DNA of 60,254 bases, counting the filler, from Asterionella formosa (lineage: Eukaryota): NCBI GenBank assembly GCA_002256025.1. It is 5 parts of 5 records of this genome, joined end to end, with 100 filler letters (N's around TTAATTAATTAA, not from the genome) between each part and the next. Parts side by side here need not be neighbours in the genome. Positions count along the whole stretch, not along the records: positions 36,258 to 48,208 come from NKIB01008023.1; positions 48,309 to 60,254 come from NKIB01008024.1; 3 more parts are not named here. One strand, 5' to 3'. Below the pieces are notes generated by a model. That model was not told the origin of the DNA and ran no database searches. It saw nothing but the letters and a program-made list of their open reading frames with translations. This document shows positions 36,738 to 49,218 of the stretch, piece by piece; the stretch's first letter is position 1, and each line of letters opens with the position of its first letter. A program made the position numbers and the translations under genes.

Positions 36738-36949
36738 GGAGAATAGCTTAGTTGGTTAGCTCACCTTCCGAGGTGGCGGGTTCGATTCCCGCATTCTCCA
36801 CCAGCTATCTTTATGTATTCCCTTGGGTTTCGGGTGGTAAGGCAGACAACAAGCAGGTCTAAGGCCCTCTGGGGGGCCAAGTACGACTTCCACAACCTCC
36901 ACAATTGTCGAGTTCTTAAACAATAGCGTACTAGAAAATTTACTCAATA
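36738..36949 (+). mobile_element. tRNA(Ala)-derived SINE-like element, copy 2
   Basis: Head GGAGAATAGCTTAGTTGG..GGTTCGATTCCCGCATTCTCCA(CCA) at 36738-36803. Body motifs are shared with the 4851 copy. Degenerate flanking repeat ATAGCAGTCATTT (36724-36736) / ATAGCAATCTTTT (36950-36962). Confidence 0.78.
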
Positions 36950-38456
36950 ATAGCAATCTTTTCTAAGGCGCATGAAAACTAGCCTCTTTCTGGAGTTGTC
37001 CGCGTTGCACTCTATGGCACATAAAAGATAGGACGGTGGATGTGTTGACAGGTGGTCACTTCCTCATATGGGAGTTGGTGTAAAAACAATTGTGTTATCT
37101 TTGATCTTGTCCCAATTTCTGTGGCTGAAAAGCTCGTGTCATCAGCTGGGAAATTGAATCCGAAGTTTGGAATGATTTAAATGCCATTTTTGTGGGCTAC
37201 ACTCGGGATTTTCTGTTGTTTATATTCCTGTGGCTCCTTGCGCTGGACCAGCCAGCCATGTGCAGCAAAGATTCCGTGATTGATGTTTGAACTTGGTTTG
37301 GCTGAAGCCTGGATTTCTCAACCAAGTAGTATGCCTTTCCAGAAATCGTAATTTTTATTCGTTTTTGCCTGGAGCATATCATCTGATGGAACTGAGAAAA
37401 GATGAGCATCCGCCCCTGTTGCTAATTTCCCGCCGCCAGGTATATATCTATTTAGCTAACTAGTATATATCTTTTTCGCCAGCTAAATACCCATCATTCT
37501 CAATGCATACATATTTTCCTTTAAAGTATAGGGAAATGCCTATGACTTTCTGGAAACAAAAGGAAACTCTAAGAAAAGTAAGGAAATGTCAGCAAATTGC
37601 AGGAAATGCATGGAATTTTCCGGAGTCTCCAAAAGTGGGTTTTTCTTACCAAAGTGAAAAAACCCTCTATCCTTTGTTCTAGATTAAAAGTACTGGTGAT
37701 AGTTAGGATCATTTGAAATAATGGAGGTGGTGTGACTAACTATTATTAATATATTTAATATATACATTGTATAGTCTTTATGTATCCTTTCGTTTCCTGA
37801 AAGGCATAGTCATTCCAGAAATTCCTACCTGAAAGTTATAATGATTTCATGAAAGTTATAGTCATATGCTGTTTGTTCTCTTATTTTTGCCACTAGAAGA
37901 ACTCCGCTATTTATTTCGCTGAATCGTGCTAAAAATAGAAGATGTCCTTTATATAACATTAATTATGTCCCTGTTCAGCAACACTTGTCCATTTCAGCAA
38001 AATGACCGCAACTTGTAGTTACTGTCAGCGACATATCTGCATAATTCAAAAATGGCCTGTTGTTGATGTTCCTGGTGTGTTTGACTTTTTCATTGGTTGC
38101 CTTGTTGACGTGTGATTTGTGCAATCTGTTAATTGCTAATTCCACATTGTTGTGCTTGTAATCTGTGTTGTCAGCAGTAGTACAGTGCTCAGTTACCATT
38201 GCTTCATCTCTCTGCTTTCTTCCTCCTCTTGAATTCTCTTTCTTTCACTTTTCTTTACAACTGATATTTGTTGCATTGCCTGGTTGATATTTGCTCTGGG
38301 GGCAGGGCCACCGGTTGTTTTCGCTGTGTTCGTTGTGGTGAATCCATTAAATCTACACTTGGGAGCCGCACAGTACCCGGATTTTCCTGTATATATTATA
38401 GCTACAATATTTTACATTATAATTCACAACATCATTGTAATATCAGTCCTATTTGA

Positions 38457-39649
38457 TGTTGCTGCATTTGAAACCCTAGGCAAAAATTAAAATATTGCTT
38501 AGGGTTGCCAAAATTCCCTGGAATTAAGAATTTAATTAGCTATTTTTGAATGACGTGATTCCATTTGAAATATTTAAATCAGTGGAATTTTGCGAAGACG
38601 TACATAGATTCCTTGTCGAAATTGCTAAATATATATAGACACTCTTAGTCGCTGAATGTATATATACGCTAAAAATTCGATGAACATGTATGCATGGACA
38701 CTCTATACTCCGATTCACGATTTTATATGTTATGCATTGAATCCGTTCGACATATTCAAATCGTTTAATATTTATATATATACAGATTCTAATCCCCTGA
38801 TGTGCATACACCAGTGATACAATCTATACTCCGATTGACGACAATGGGTCATGTATGCTGTACGACCCGGCGGCTCAGCAGATATTTGAAGGTGCAATCA
38901 AGGAGCGGTACGCGTATGTCCAATGATGATCATCTACTGGTACCAGGCACCTGCTACCCTTCGTGAATATAGAACCGGACTGTCAGTACACCCAAGAAAA
39001 TATTACATGTTTATACTATGTGGCCGGCGTGGGTTCGCAAGACCTCGCAAACCAGGCCAATTTAAACAGAGGAATGTAATTCACGTTCACCAATCATATT
39101 ATACATGTGGAAGCGGGCACTTACAATGGAATTTTTTGGACAGGAGATTTTAGGACTAAAAAAATTCCGGCACACGACTACCATTCCGATGATGACGTTT
39201 CGGCACTTAATAATTCTGATTCCGATATTTTGGCGACCGAAGAAAAGGCCGATTTTGTCGAGTTTTTGGACGACGATAATAGGTAACTTTCAAACAGCAT
39301 CAGTATATAACTTCTGGCGAGAAACTGCAGAAAGGAACTTCGGTTTTTTAACTATGCCAAATAAACTGATTTCCCCCGAATTTTCGAGTCTTTTTAAGCC
39401 TATTTAAAAACCGAAGTTCCTTTCTGCAGTTTCTGACCAGATCCTATATACTGACGATTTATAGAGTGTACCTACACCCCTACTTTGTCCGAAGACTGTA
39501 TGTAAGCAAATGGAAAGGGTGTGTATTGGTGAAAGCTCCGTTGAGCGTTATACATATTTGATTTATATGTGGAAAGTATAGGTTTGAATAGTCTGACTCA
39601 ATACTATTTTCTTACCCTACCTCGAGCTAGGGGTTCAAATGCAGCAACC
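38457..39649. mobile_element. Non-autonomous TIR DNA transposon of about 1.19 kb, possibly Kolobok-type
   Basis: TIRs GTTGCTGCATTTGAAACCCTAG (38458-38479) and CTAGGGGTTCAAATGCAGCAAC (39627-39648) match at 21/22. Right end CC|TTAA; left flank TTGA. No convincing ORF. Confidence 0.7.
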
Positions 39650-40208
39650 TTAAGCTCGCCTTTATACTTGGCTACAGTGTATAGAGTTAACAGTTAAAAT
39701 TGCAGCGAACATAGAGTCACACTTTTCTCGGTTAACATTCAAATTTATGTAGGTCAGAAGTAACTATTTCTAGTGTAAGAATATCTTACACCACAGCCAA
39801 TACAAGTGAATTGGCTGCCTGTATATTGTGCTAGATATGTACTGACATTTATGCATTTGTAATGTTGGACACCGGAGTACTAAAAAACCTAGTGACAACA
39901 TCAGTAGTAGGGACAGTAGATATCAAAAATAGATTAATTTAAGTGACATCGGTGTTAGGGATGATAGATACCAAAAAACAGATTCATTTTTATTGTATGC
40001 TGGAATTGATTCACTGTTTACAAGGGGACTAGACACCCAGCCAAGGCTATAGCTAAGAGACGACATTTGCATCTATGCAGCACTTTGGTTCCTGAAGCCG
40101 AAAAGTACTTCAAAATTTTACATGTACTTGGTTTCTGAATGCATGAATTGGGGGTGGCAGTCACAAGGCAGTCCGACTCAAGTTGAGAGGCAAATATGCA
40201 CTGGATCC

Positions 40209-41279
40209 TTAAACCTCGCCCAAATCACGATAGGATCCGGACAAGCAATGAAAATCTTCTGGTTGCCCAGTTGGCAAAATTGAATAAATTCCTCCTGAAT
40301 CTTCTTGAATCTTATAAAATGTGCATTCCCGTTCACTATCCCCACTATAGGGGGGCAACAAGACATCCAATACGGCGGCCCCATGTTCTCCTGCTACAAA
40401 TTCGTGCAAATTGCCTTCATGAGGGAATAGCATAGTAATATCCGGGGCCTGTAGGTGATCTTGTCGTAACATGGCCGCTTTCTGGCTCCTTTTGTGTGAC
40501 GAAGTAAACAGCATATTTAACCACGAACTCCTCGTATCCTCAACCAAGTCCATGGAAGTTCTTTCCAAATCACCATAGAGCACTCTGGATAAGACGCACA
40601 TCCCGGGATGATCATGCAATGGAATGCGACTGTGGGGAGGAAAGACAAAGATCCCAATGCTGTATTTCTCAGGTATTTCGCTAACATGAAGGTATCGGAC
40701 CACGCCGGAACCTCGATCGCTTCGGCATGGGGTAATCTCGTCGTGAATGGGCCGTACAAACTCGCTGGACAACATACTGTGAGCGCATTGGAGGCCTCAT
40801 TGCTTTTTGCGTGACAGTTGAAAATTTCACAAAATCTCACCTATCATTCAATCTCGCTCCATATTCCATGCGTTGCAAACTTAGCATTGTCTCTGCGTCT
40901 AGATTTTTCAGCGAGCGCCAAATGGGATCTACATATTGACGAAGGGTCTCCGAATCAAACTTCGCCAGTCCTTGTGTCGGCAGCTGGGCCAGCGAAGAAG
41001 CGCTGAAAAAGTCTGAGCTATGATTGTTGAGAGTTTCTGTGTTCATGGCGAAGAGGGGCAGCAGAAAGTGAGGGCTTTTGAATCTGCAGCGGGAATGAAT
41101 GCGAAGTTTGGCGCCAATCCGAAGCGTCTTTGCTCTCTGTGCTTACTTGAAGTGTCACTTGACGTCATCAGCTCACGATCACAAGAAACTGGATTTCTAC
41201 CAGCCATTCTCGTTACTTGATTCAATAAAGGGATCAATGATGGGTGGCGCCGTCGCTTGGCAGGGGGGGGACTAGCCAT
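40209..41279 (-). CDS. ADO: 2-aminoethanethiol dioxygenase / plant cysteine oxidase family (N-terminal Cys dioxygenase)
   Basis: Exons 41279-41147, 41036-40841 and 40776-40209 join in frame. Cupin motifs SIGIFVFP..IPLHDHPGM.VLSRVLYG, GNLHEF and AVLDVLLPPY..RECTFY. Confidence 0.92.
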
Positions 41280-41844
41280 TGTGAAGCATTCACAGCTTGC
41301 CTTGCATTCTAGCGGCAGCCGTACTTCATTTTTTGGTGTTGCTTCGCATTTGTGCATCATCAGTCAGGCCGTCATCACAATCGCAAACCGTTCAATTGAA
41401 TCCCGTACGAATAATGATGTCACTAACGACCAAAACGTGCAAACGGGACTTAAATGCTACCTTCCTTGTTCAAATCACCTGACTGATGTATGAATACTAC
41501 CGGTAGCTACCTGGTACTGGGGGAATATCATTATGTACCAGTTAGCTGTAGTAACGATGACTTACTAGTCTATTTTGATATGCAGTCATTGCACTCCATG
41601 GCCCATAAAAGCAAGGTAGGGCAGTGGAAATATTGGGATGTATCACTTCCTCATGTGGAAGTAAGTAGTGGTTACATTCATTCTTTGTGTTATTACTACT
41701 AGCTTTGTTCTCGAATGGATTCTCCATGACTGCACCACTCATGTCAGCCAGAGAATTGGATTTTCTTGAGTGTAGATCATTGCTTGTGTAGTGGATTTCC
41801 TTGTCGGCTTTCCTGTATTTTTAGAATAAGAAGTGTGCATTGAT

Positions 41845-42890
41845 TTTTGTTTGGCTTTTGCCAGTAGTCCCTGATATTTTGCTCATGTCATTGTTTGGCT
41901 TTTGCCAAGAGCCCATGATTTGTTTCTCAGCCATTTCATTCAGCTTTAACTGGTAGTCCCTGACTTTTCTCTCATGTCAATTGGCTTTTGCTGGTAGTCC
42001 TTGATTTGCTGCCGAAACAATTCTTTGGATTTCGCCAGTAGACAGTCCTTGATTTGTCTCTCATGTCATTTGGGTTTTGCCAGTAGTCTTTGATTTGTTA
42101 CTGATGTCATTGTTTGAAAAAAATTACATTAAATCTTATGGTATGCATGTTAAGCTATCCAATGATAATCGCACTCATAACCATATGAAGAATGGAAATA
42201 ATTAGTACTGGTGTATTCATCCGAATGGGACCTGTCTTTTTGTAAACCAGCCCCAAGAACATGAAAACGTANNNNNNNNNNNNNNNNNNNNNNNNNNNNN
42301 NNNNNNNNNNNNNNNNNNNNNNNNNNNNNNNNNNNNNNNNNNNNNNNNNNNNNNNNNNNNNNNNNNNNNNNNNNNNNNNNNNNNNNNNNNNNNNNNNNNN
42401 NNNNNNNNNNNNNNNNNNNNNNNNNNNNNNNNNNNNNNNNNNNNNNNNNNNNNNNNNNNNNNNNNNNNNNNNNNNNNNNNNNNNNNNNNNNNNNNNNNNN
42501 NNNNNNNNNNNNNNNNNNNNNNNNNNNNNNNNNNNNNNNNNNNNNNNNNNNNNNNNNNNNNNNNNNNNNNNNNNNNNNNNNNNNNNNNNNNNNNNNNNNN
42601 NNNNNNNNNNNNNNNNNNNNNNNNNNNNNNNNNNNNNNNNNNNNNNNNNNNNNNNNNNNNNNNNNNNNNNNNNNNNNNNNNNNNNNNNNNNNNNNNNNNN
42701 NNNNNNNNNNNNNNNNNNNNNNNNNNNNNNNNNNNNNNNNNNNNNNNNNNNNNNNNNNNNNNNNNNNNTTTTTTGTCATTTGGGATTTTGCCAGTAGTCC
42801 TTGATTTGTCTCTCATGTCATGCATTCCTTGGCTTTCACCAATAGTCCTTGATTATTCTCTGATGTCATTGTTTGTCTTTCGCCAGGGAC
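41845..42890. repeat. Degenerate 42-45 bp minisatellite on both sides of a gap
   Basis: The unit TTGGCTTTTGCCAGTAGTCCTTGATTTGTCTCTCATGTCA recurs about 6 times in 41845-42115 and about 2-3 times in 42770-42890. Confidence 0.85.
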
Positions 42891-43273
42891 ACGTGGTTCT
42901 TCTTTCGTTTCTTTCTCTTTCATTGTCATAGTTATCTTTACCATGGTACTATGGCGTAGAATCTACGCAATGGTATAGTGGACTGCCCTTCAAGTTACTC
43001 TTGCTTACTTTTCATTTGCTCGCCTGTGATCTGTTGTCACCCAAAAGATGCTTTGTTGCTTGAATGCTCCTGCTACCTCTTTCGATCTGAGTTTGTCAAT
43101 TTACTACACTTGCCACTACAAACAGCATGATAGATTCTTCTGCCATCGGCTTTGACATGGTGTCATCCATAATTAGTTTAGCTATGCAAATTAGGAATTT
43201 TTATTGTGTTTGTGCCTATCTATTTTCTCAGTGAATAAGTTAGTGTACTCAGTTCGACCTATTCTCTTTTCGT

Positions 43274-44332
43274 CTATTTTCTCAGTGCTGTTCCTTTCTT
43301 GGTTACATTACTGTTTCTTTCCTCACCCCCAAAATATCGCTGAATCAATTTCCAAACTGGGACAGAAGCGAACTGCAACATCATCTTTCGAATCTGATGC
43401 TTTTGCTTTCTTGTAAAATATGAGTGGTAGGATCGCATGAGAAATGGAATCTCCTGCTGCCATGCGCCAAGAGGATTCAGAACTGGTAAGCGCAAAAACA
43501 TACAAAGTTCTTGCACTGTTCCTTCCCAATCATGATGGTAGTCTTCATACTTCAATATCATCATTTCAAATCCCATTTCAATACCAGTTATATGGGCTAG
43601 ATTGTGCCATTGAACCCACCTAAAGAATTCAGCGTGACATGGTATCTCTCGCCACATATGACGCAAGTTTGGATCTATCCATCGAGTATGCTGCTCCATC
43701 CAGGTGTAGGAAGTATCCAAATTCCGGCACCATTCCTGAAAACCAGTTTCGTTGTTGGGAAGGTGACTGGAGCGTCCACGTCTTCTGCTCAAGTGGAAGC
43801 GTGCAACAACATTGTCCAATGGATGCCTCATCAGATGCACGGCTCTTCGGACGTGCGAACGAGAATAAAATAATTCGGTTTCGGTATTGTTTAGCATGCG
43901 GTTGCTTCGTAGGCAACCTCGTTGAAACGATAGCGGTGTTTCCAAGTATCCATCAGGTCCACAATGGACACATCGACTTGCACAATGAGTCTTCGTCAAA
44001 ATAAATTCAGCTGGTAAAGGCAGGTTTGGATATGCTCGGAAGGGTCCATTTGTCATGTTATCCCACATGAAACTACTGTTTGTGGTTTCATCCATGTACT
44101 CGTCGCCGTAGTTGGTGGCTGTTGTCATATTCGAAACATGACGAACAGTTCGAAGCGTATAACTTGTCCCCGAGTTTGGGAAGCTCATTAGCCAAGCAAT
44201 GTAAGGCACCGATTCTTTGATCTCGATTGTGGTACTATATTTGGAAGAAACACTCGGTTGCAATGACGTTGTACGATCAAAGCAAGTAGTCGATTTCTGG
44301 GGTGCAAAGTTGACCGTTGATCGCCATGCCAA
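43274..44332 (-). CDS. Sulfotransferase-like (PAPS-binding P-loop) protein; 5' end lost in a gap
   Basis: 5'-PSB-like WLMSFPNSGTSYT, LTKTHC, 3'-PB-like VHLMRHPLDNVVARF and KYED. Confidence 0.8.
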   Translation of the reverse strand: MAWRSTVNFAPQKSTTCFDRTTSLQPSVSSKYSTTIEIKESVPYIAWLMSFPNSGTSYTLRTVRHVSNMTTATNYGDEYMDETTNSSFMWDNMTNGPFRAYPNLPLPAEFILTKTHCASRCVHCGPDGYLETPLSFQRGCLRSNRMLNNTETELFYSRSHVRRAVHLMRHPLDNVVARFHLSRRRGRSSHLPNNETGFQEWCRNLDTSYTWMEQHTRWIDPNLRHMWREIPCHAEFFRWVQWHNLAHITGIEMGFEMMILKYEDYHHDWEGTVQELCMFLRLPVLNPLGAWQQEIPFLMRSYHSYFTRKQKHQIRKMMLQFASVPVWKLIQRYFGGEERNSNVTKKGTALRK

Positions 44333-45134
44333 NNNNNNNNNNNNNNNNNNNNNNNNNNNNNNNNNNNNNNNNNNNNNNNNNNNNNNNNNNNNNNNNNNNN
44401 NNNNNNNNNNNNNNNNNNNNNNNNNNNNNNNNNNNNNNNNNNNNNNNNNNNNNNNNNNNNNNNNNNNNNNNNNNNNNNNNNNNNNNNNNNNNNNNNNNNN
44501 NNNNNNNNNNNNNNNNNNNNNNNNNNNNNNNNNNNNNNNNNNNNNNNNNNNNNNNNNNNNNNNNNNNNNNNNNNNNNNNNNNNNNNNNNNNNNNNNNNNN
44601 NNNNNNNNNNNNNNNNNNNNNNNNNNNNNNNNNNNNNNNNNNNNNNNNNNNNNNNNNNNNNNNNNNNNNNNNNNNNNNNNNNNNNNNNNNNNNNNNNNNN
44701 NNNNNNNNNNNNNNNNNNNNNNNNNNNNNNNNNNNNNNNNNNNNNNNNNNNNNNNNNNNNNNNNNNNNNNNNNNNNNNNNNNNNNNNNNNNNNNNNNNNN
44801 NNNNNNNNNNNNNNNNNNNNNNNNNNNNNNNNNNNNNNNNNNNNNNNNNNNNNNNNNNNNNNNNNNNNNNNNNNNNNNNNNNNNNNNNNNNNNNNNNNNN
44901 NNNNNNNNNNNNNNNNNNNNNNNNNNNNNNNNNNNNNNNNNNNNNNNNNNNNNNNNNNNNNNNNNNNNNNNNNNNNNNNNNNNNNNNNNNNNNNNNNNNN
45001 NNNNNNNNNNNNNNNNNNNNNNNNNNNNNNNNNNNNNNNNNNNNNNNNNNNNNNNNNNNNNNNNNNNNNNNNNNNNNNNNNNNNNNNNNNNNNNNNNNNN
45101 NNNNNNNNNNNNNNNNNNNNNNNNNNNNNNNNNN

Positions 45135-45259
45135 ATGATCTTGCTTGCTTTGGCAATAAGGAAGCATCTCAATTCATTTGTCAATATTTATTGCATGTCT
45201 TGGTTTCTAATCACTAAAATATCGATCCTCGACTCGTTGCATTACACATATTTTATCAT
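45135..45259 (+). repeat. Dispersed repeat, copy 1 (copy 2 at 58346-58499)
   Basis: ATGATCTTGCTTGCTTTG..AAGCATCTCAATTCATTTGTCAATA..GTCTTGGTTTCTAATCACTAAAA(A)TATCGATCCTCGACTCGTTG..TATTTTATCAT occurs in both copies. Confidence 0.85.
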
Positions 45260-46623
45260 TGTTGTATTAGAACTAATATCACTTGTTGCTAGCCTTCTTG
45301 CTACCAAGTTTTCGCGATTCTCATCACTGTTTGTAAATCACTTTAAAATTATGAGCTTGTCAAACTAAAATCAAAATTCAGTCCCATCCAAGGAATTTCA
45401 CATCACACTTAAAGAACCTATTCTCTAGAGTAGATATCTTCAGTTGACATGCCCTTCTTTCCATTAATGTAAATAATCAGTCTTGTTACCAATCTACACT
45501 TCCCATCCAATTCTCGAGCTGACATGAACAGTGCAGCTATCGAGAAATTCAAAGAGAACAACGCTATAAGATTGTTTTAAACCTACTTCCACACGAGGGA
45601 GTGACCAGCACCAAAAAAATCCCCCGCCCCACCTTATATGGGCCATGGAACACAAAGACCACAACTCTAGAAATAGAATAGTAAGAATACGCTATAAAAA
45701 TGATTAACATATATTTTTACAAATAAAATAGTAGTATGATTCCTATATGGGAATCAGTTAGTTTTCATAGCAATTGTGGACTCAATTGAAATATACTGGT
45801 GACTTGGTGATGGAAACAACGATATGACGATGATTATCACATGGTGATCCAACTATTATAAACAGATAAATACTGAGTTATAAATCAATTTTTTGTTTTG
45901 GGCCTGATCTCTTGTAGACAATGGAACATTTTAGAATGGCGCATATGTACAAATACGACATGGTTCAATGTGATGAAGAGGCATCAAGATATCGTTCTTT
46001 GTCGTCAAGCCCAATTGTGGGTTTCCGATTTTACTGTTTCTGCTATATCTAAATAAATGTAGAAGCTACAATTGAGATCGTTTTACAATACGCTAGCGAC
46101 TATTCGATTCTATCTATTTGACTAGTATGCAATAACAAATTAGGGAAAGATGACAGGATCACTGTCGTCAAGCAAATTGCCAGCAATTTGTTGTAATTGT
46201 TGCTGAAATGATGACAATTAACGATGACTTATACCGGTATACCTGTACTTTTTCAAGGGTCAGTGTCCAGGGTATGTACTGGTATATTAATACACATATG
46301 CCATACACCGGTATACTGAGGACTCAAAGATGAGCAGAACAATTGGGTTTGTTCTTGCTACATTCTAAGTAGTCAAAATAGAATCCTACCTCATGTAGGT
46401 AACTTTGGTTTAAAGTTACATAAATAACATGGTAATGCATTTAGGTAAAACTTATTGAGATGCATATAGGCACAGAATCTCCTACCAGGTACAGTACCAG
46501 TAATGCAAACAACAAGCTTGTGTTGGGATTTTCACTCCGCCTGTTGGCATCGCATTTTAGGCAGGGTTACAGAAACCGAAACACTGTTTGGTTGGCATTT
46601 TTGTGCATGGTTAGAACTGGTAT

Positions 46624-46757
46624 TAAGGTACCAAACACTTATTTACTTTCAACTTTAGCACCAAACGCTTATTTAGTACTCTTAACTTACTAAGCACCAA
46701 ATGCTTATTTACTTATAACTAAAGCACCAAATGCTTATTCACTTTTAACTTAAGCAG
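46624..46757. repeat. Tandem repeat of about 31 bp, about 4 copies
   Basis: Unit (T)AAGCACCAAATGCTTATTTACTTTTAACT with variants. Confidence 0.85.
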
Positions 46758-48308
46758 TATGGGTCAAAAGCACAAGCCAAGCCTCCGTGGAAGCATGCCA
46801 GCCCTTGCATGATGCACTCTTTATATATATGAAGCTCTCTATAATTAGCTAAAATATTTAACGCCCCCAAAAAACGGTTTTAAGCACGTTTTCCGGATGT
46901 CCGAGGTACATTCCGGCAATTCCCGCTCCAGCTATCGTCTTGCCATTCGGGTACTTCTAAGTAATTTTTAGTTTTTAAGTAATTTCTTAAGTAATTTTTA
47001 TTTAAGGGCAATATGGGGCACATCGAATTTTTCGGCAATAAAATTGCCGATTTTAGCATGACAACCAGAATATCGGTAATATGCATAGAGATGGTACAAC
47101 AAGCGTAAAACACACGAGAATGATTGTAACATGCAACATCAATGAAAATTGAACATGATGTTTGGAGCAACCAAAGTATGAAATGCGATGTAATATAATA
47201 AGTAGCATCAAATGAAAATAGAAAAAATTGTTTTGGGTTAGAAATGAAATAAAAAATAAGAGTTCCAATGGAGATGTAGCTATGCATTGTGAATCATTGT
47301 AGTACTTACACAGGCAACATTGACTTTCCATCGCCATACAATCGAAGACCAAAAGAAGAAGAAGAAAAGCTGAACCCTATGTAGACCTGCATCGTTAATT
47401 AGCGTCAATGGTCTGGTTGCTGCAACCATGCGCATCGCTGTAGTAGCCTGACACCAGTAGCAGTATTTCCGCCACAGTCATTCCTCTCCGCCCACCAAAC
47501 AGGCAACCCCGATCATTCCATTCTGAGCAAGCATGATCGCCACGCTGCTCCAGCACTATTGACTCTCTCTAGCTGAGTGTTCATGTAGCTTCTGATACGA
47601 ACTCGCAGTAGAAATGTAGCAAAGCGCGTTAGTACAAGAAAAGCATTGCTTGGCGGCAATATTGACATCTTATCAATGACTATACAAATCAACAAATACG
47701 GTCAACAACGGCACAATACCACATCTTCAATGAGTAGTCATTGATAAATGCATTGGTTCTTATGTAGATATGTACAATCGAAACAAAACGACAGTGTGTA
47801 ACAACAAACAACGATGGAAGCGATGAAAACAAACCACGGAAGCAATCAAATTGGAAAGTCGATAAATGCGATCTACAATCCACATTCAGTGTTTCACTGT
47901 TGTACTTATCGATCCGCTTCAACTAGCATAACAAGCAGCAGACGATGGGATAAAAGAAAGACGAACATTGCCTATTGCAAGCCCGAATAGAGGAAAGGCA
48001 GGCAAGATAGAGTGAGAACTATATTTGTGAGGACAAAATCGGGCATACAGTACGTGAAATCAATGAATATGTGAACGATATAATTCAACATTTCAGGTCT
48101 CGTAAAAATAATACCGAGTCTACAGAGATAATATTATAACGTGTTCAAAATAAGCATTAAAGCATAGCTTAAACCATGCATGGTTGTTTTTAGTACCACG
48201 TATGTATGNNNNNNNNNNNNNNNNNNNNNNNNNNNNNNNNNNNNNNNNNNNNTTAATTAATTAANNNNNNNNNNNNNNNNNNNNNNNNNNNNNNNNNNNN
48301 NNNNNNNN

Positions 48309-49218
48309 GGGTCAGTTTCAGACCATCCATTGCTCCCCAACAATTTGTGATATGTGGGTATTTCTGATTGATTATGGTTGCAAACAAGGTGGCTTCGTCT
48401 GCAGTAGGCAGTCTCACAACGGCATCTTCATGTGTCAGCAGTACTTTTACAATCATTCGCCTTGAAAACCTCAACCAAACACTCAAAGAACCATGAGTTA
48501 ATCCGAAAATAATCTGAAGAATCATATAGGAACCACGAGTCCTAGTCCATGCTAACCCAAGCGCTAGACAACTGATGGAACAGAGGTATCTTTGCCGACC
48601 TTTCTTTGTTGTTGAATTTCTAACAATGAAATCCGTATTTTTCCTACAGGGAGTGAAGGAATAAAAACAAGGTTTGAACAGCTGGTGTAGGAGCTCGAAA
48701 GAAGCATGGTCAAACCCACACAAGGTAATCAGAGCATCATCATGCTTGTTGCTGTTGAACAAAGTCCAGAATGTACTCGATAATGGATGCTGTAGTGCGT
48801 GGCGACGGATTTTGCCACTTCTTCTTCTGACCTCATCAACAGTCAAACTTTCCCTGAACGATGGCATCCTATTTACTGGTGGATAGCACATTGCTACCAG
48901 TAGCAATGTGATCATAATGTCATCATCATCATCATCAGGAGATGGGATGAAAGTCGACATGGTCAGTGACCGACAATGATGAATATATAGAACTCATGCA
49001 TATAATGAACAAGAGGCGGCATAACATACAAGAGGATGCATCGATATGAAAATTTAACTGTTGAAAATTAAAGTTAAAAATATATATAATGTCAGAGAAG
49101 TAATCTAAAATATCTCTATTATCAGAGCGCAAGGACGATATTATGTAGCAGATCACCAGAATAATTTGCGTTATAATACACACATGATATAATAATTTTG
49201 TATTATCAGAGCGCGCCC
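48309..49218 (-). mobile_element. PIF/Harbinger-ISL2EU superfamily transposon, 5' part, with a DDE_Tnp_4-type transposase ORF (48960 to gap)
   Basis: Uninterrupted ORF with an HTH-like region (GR.R..CLALGLAWTRT..LQIIFGLT..LSVWLRF) and the first catalytic Asp in YP..NCWGAMDGLK. Probable terminus GGGCGCGCTCTGATAATA at 49218 with adjacent AT. TATTATCAGAGCGC is repeated at 49117 and 49201. Confidence 0.85.
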
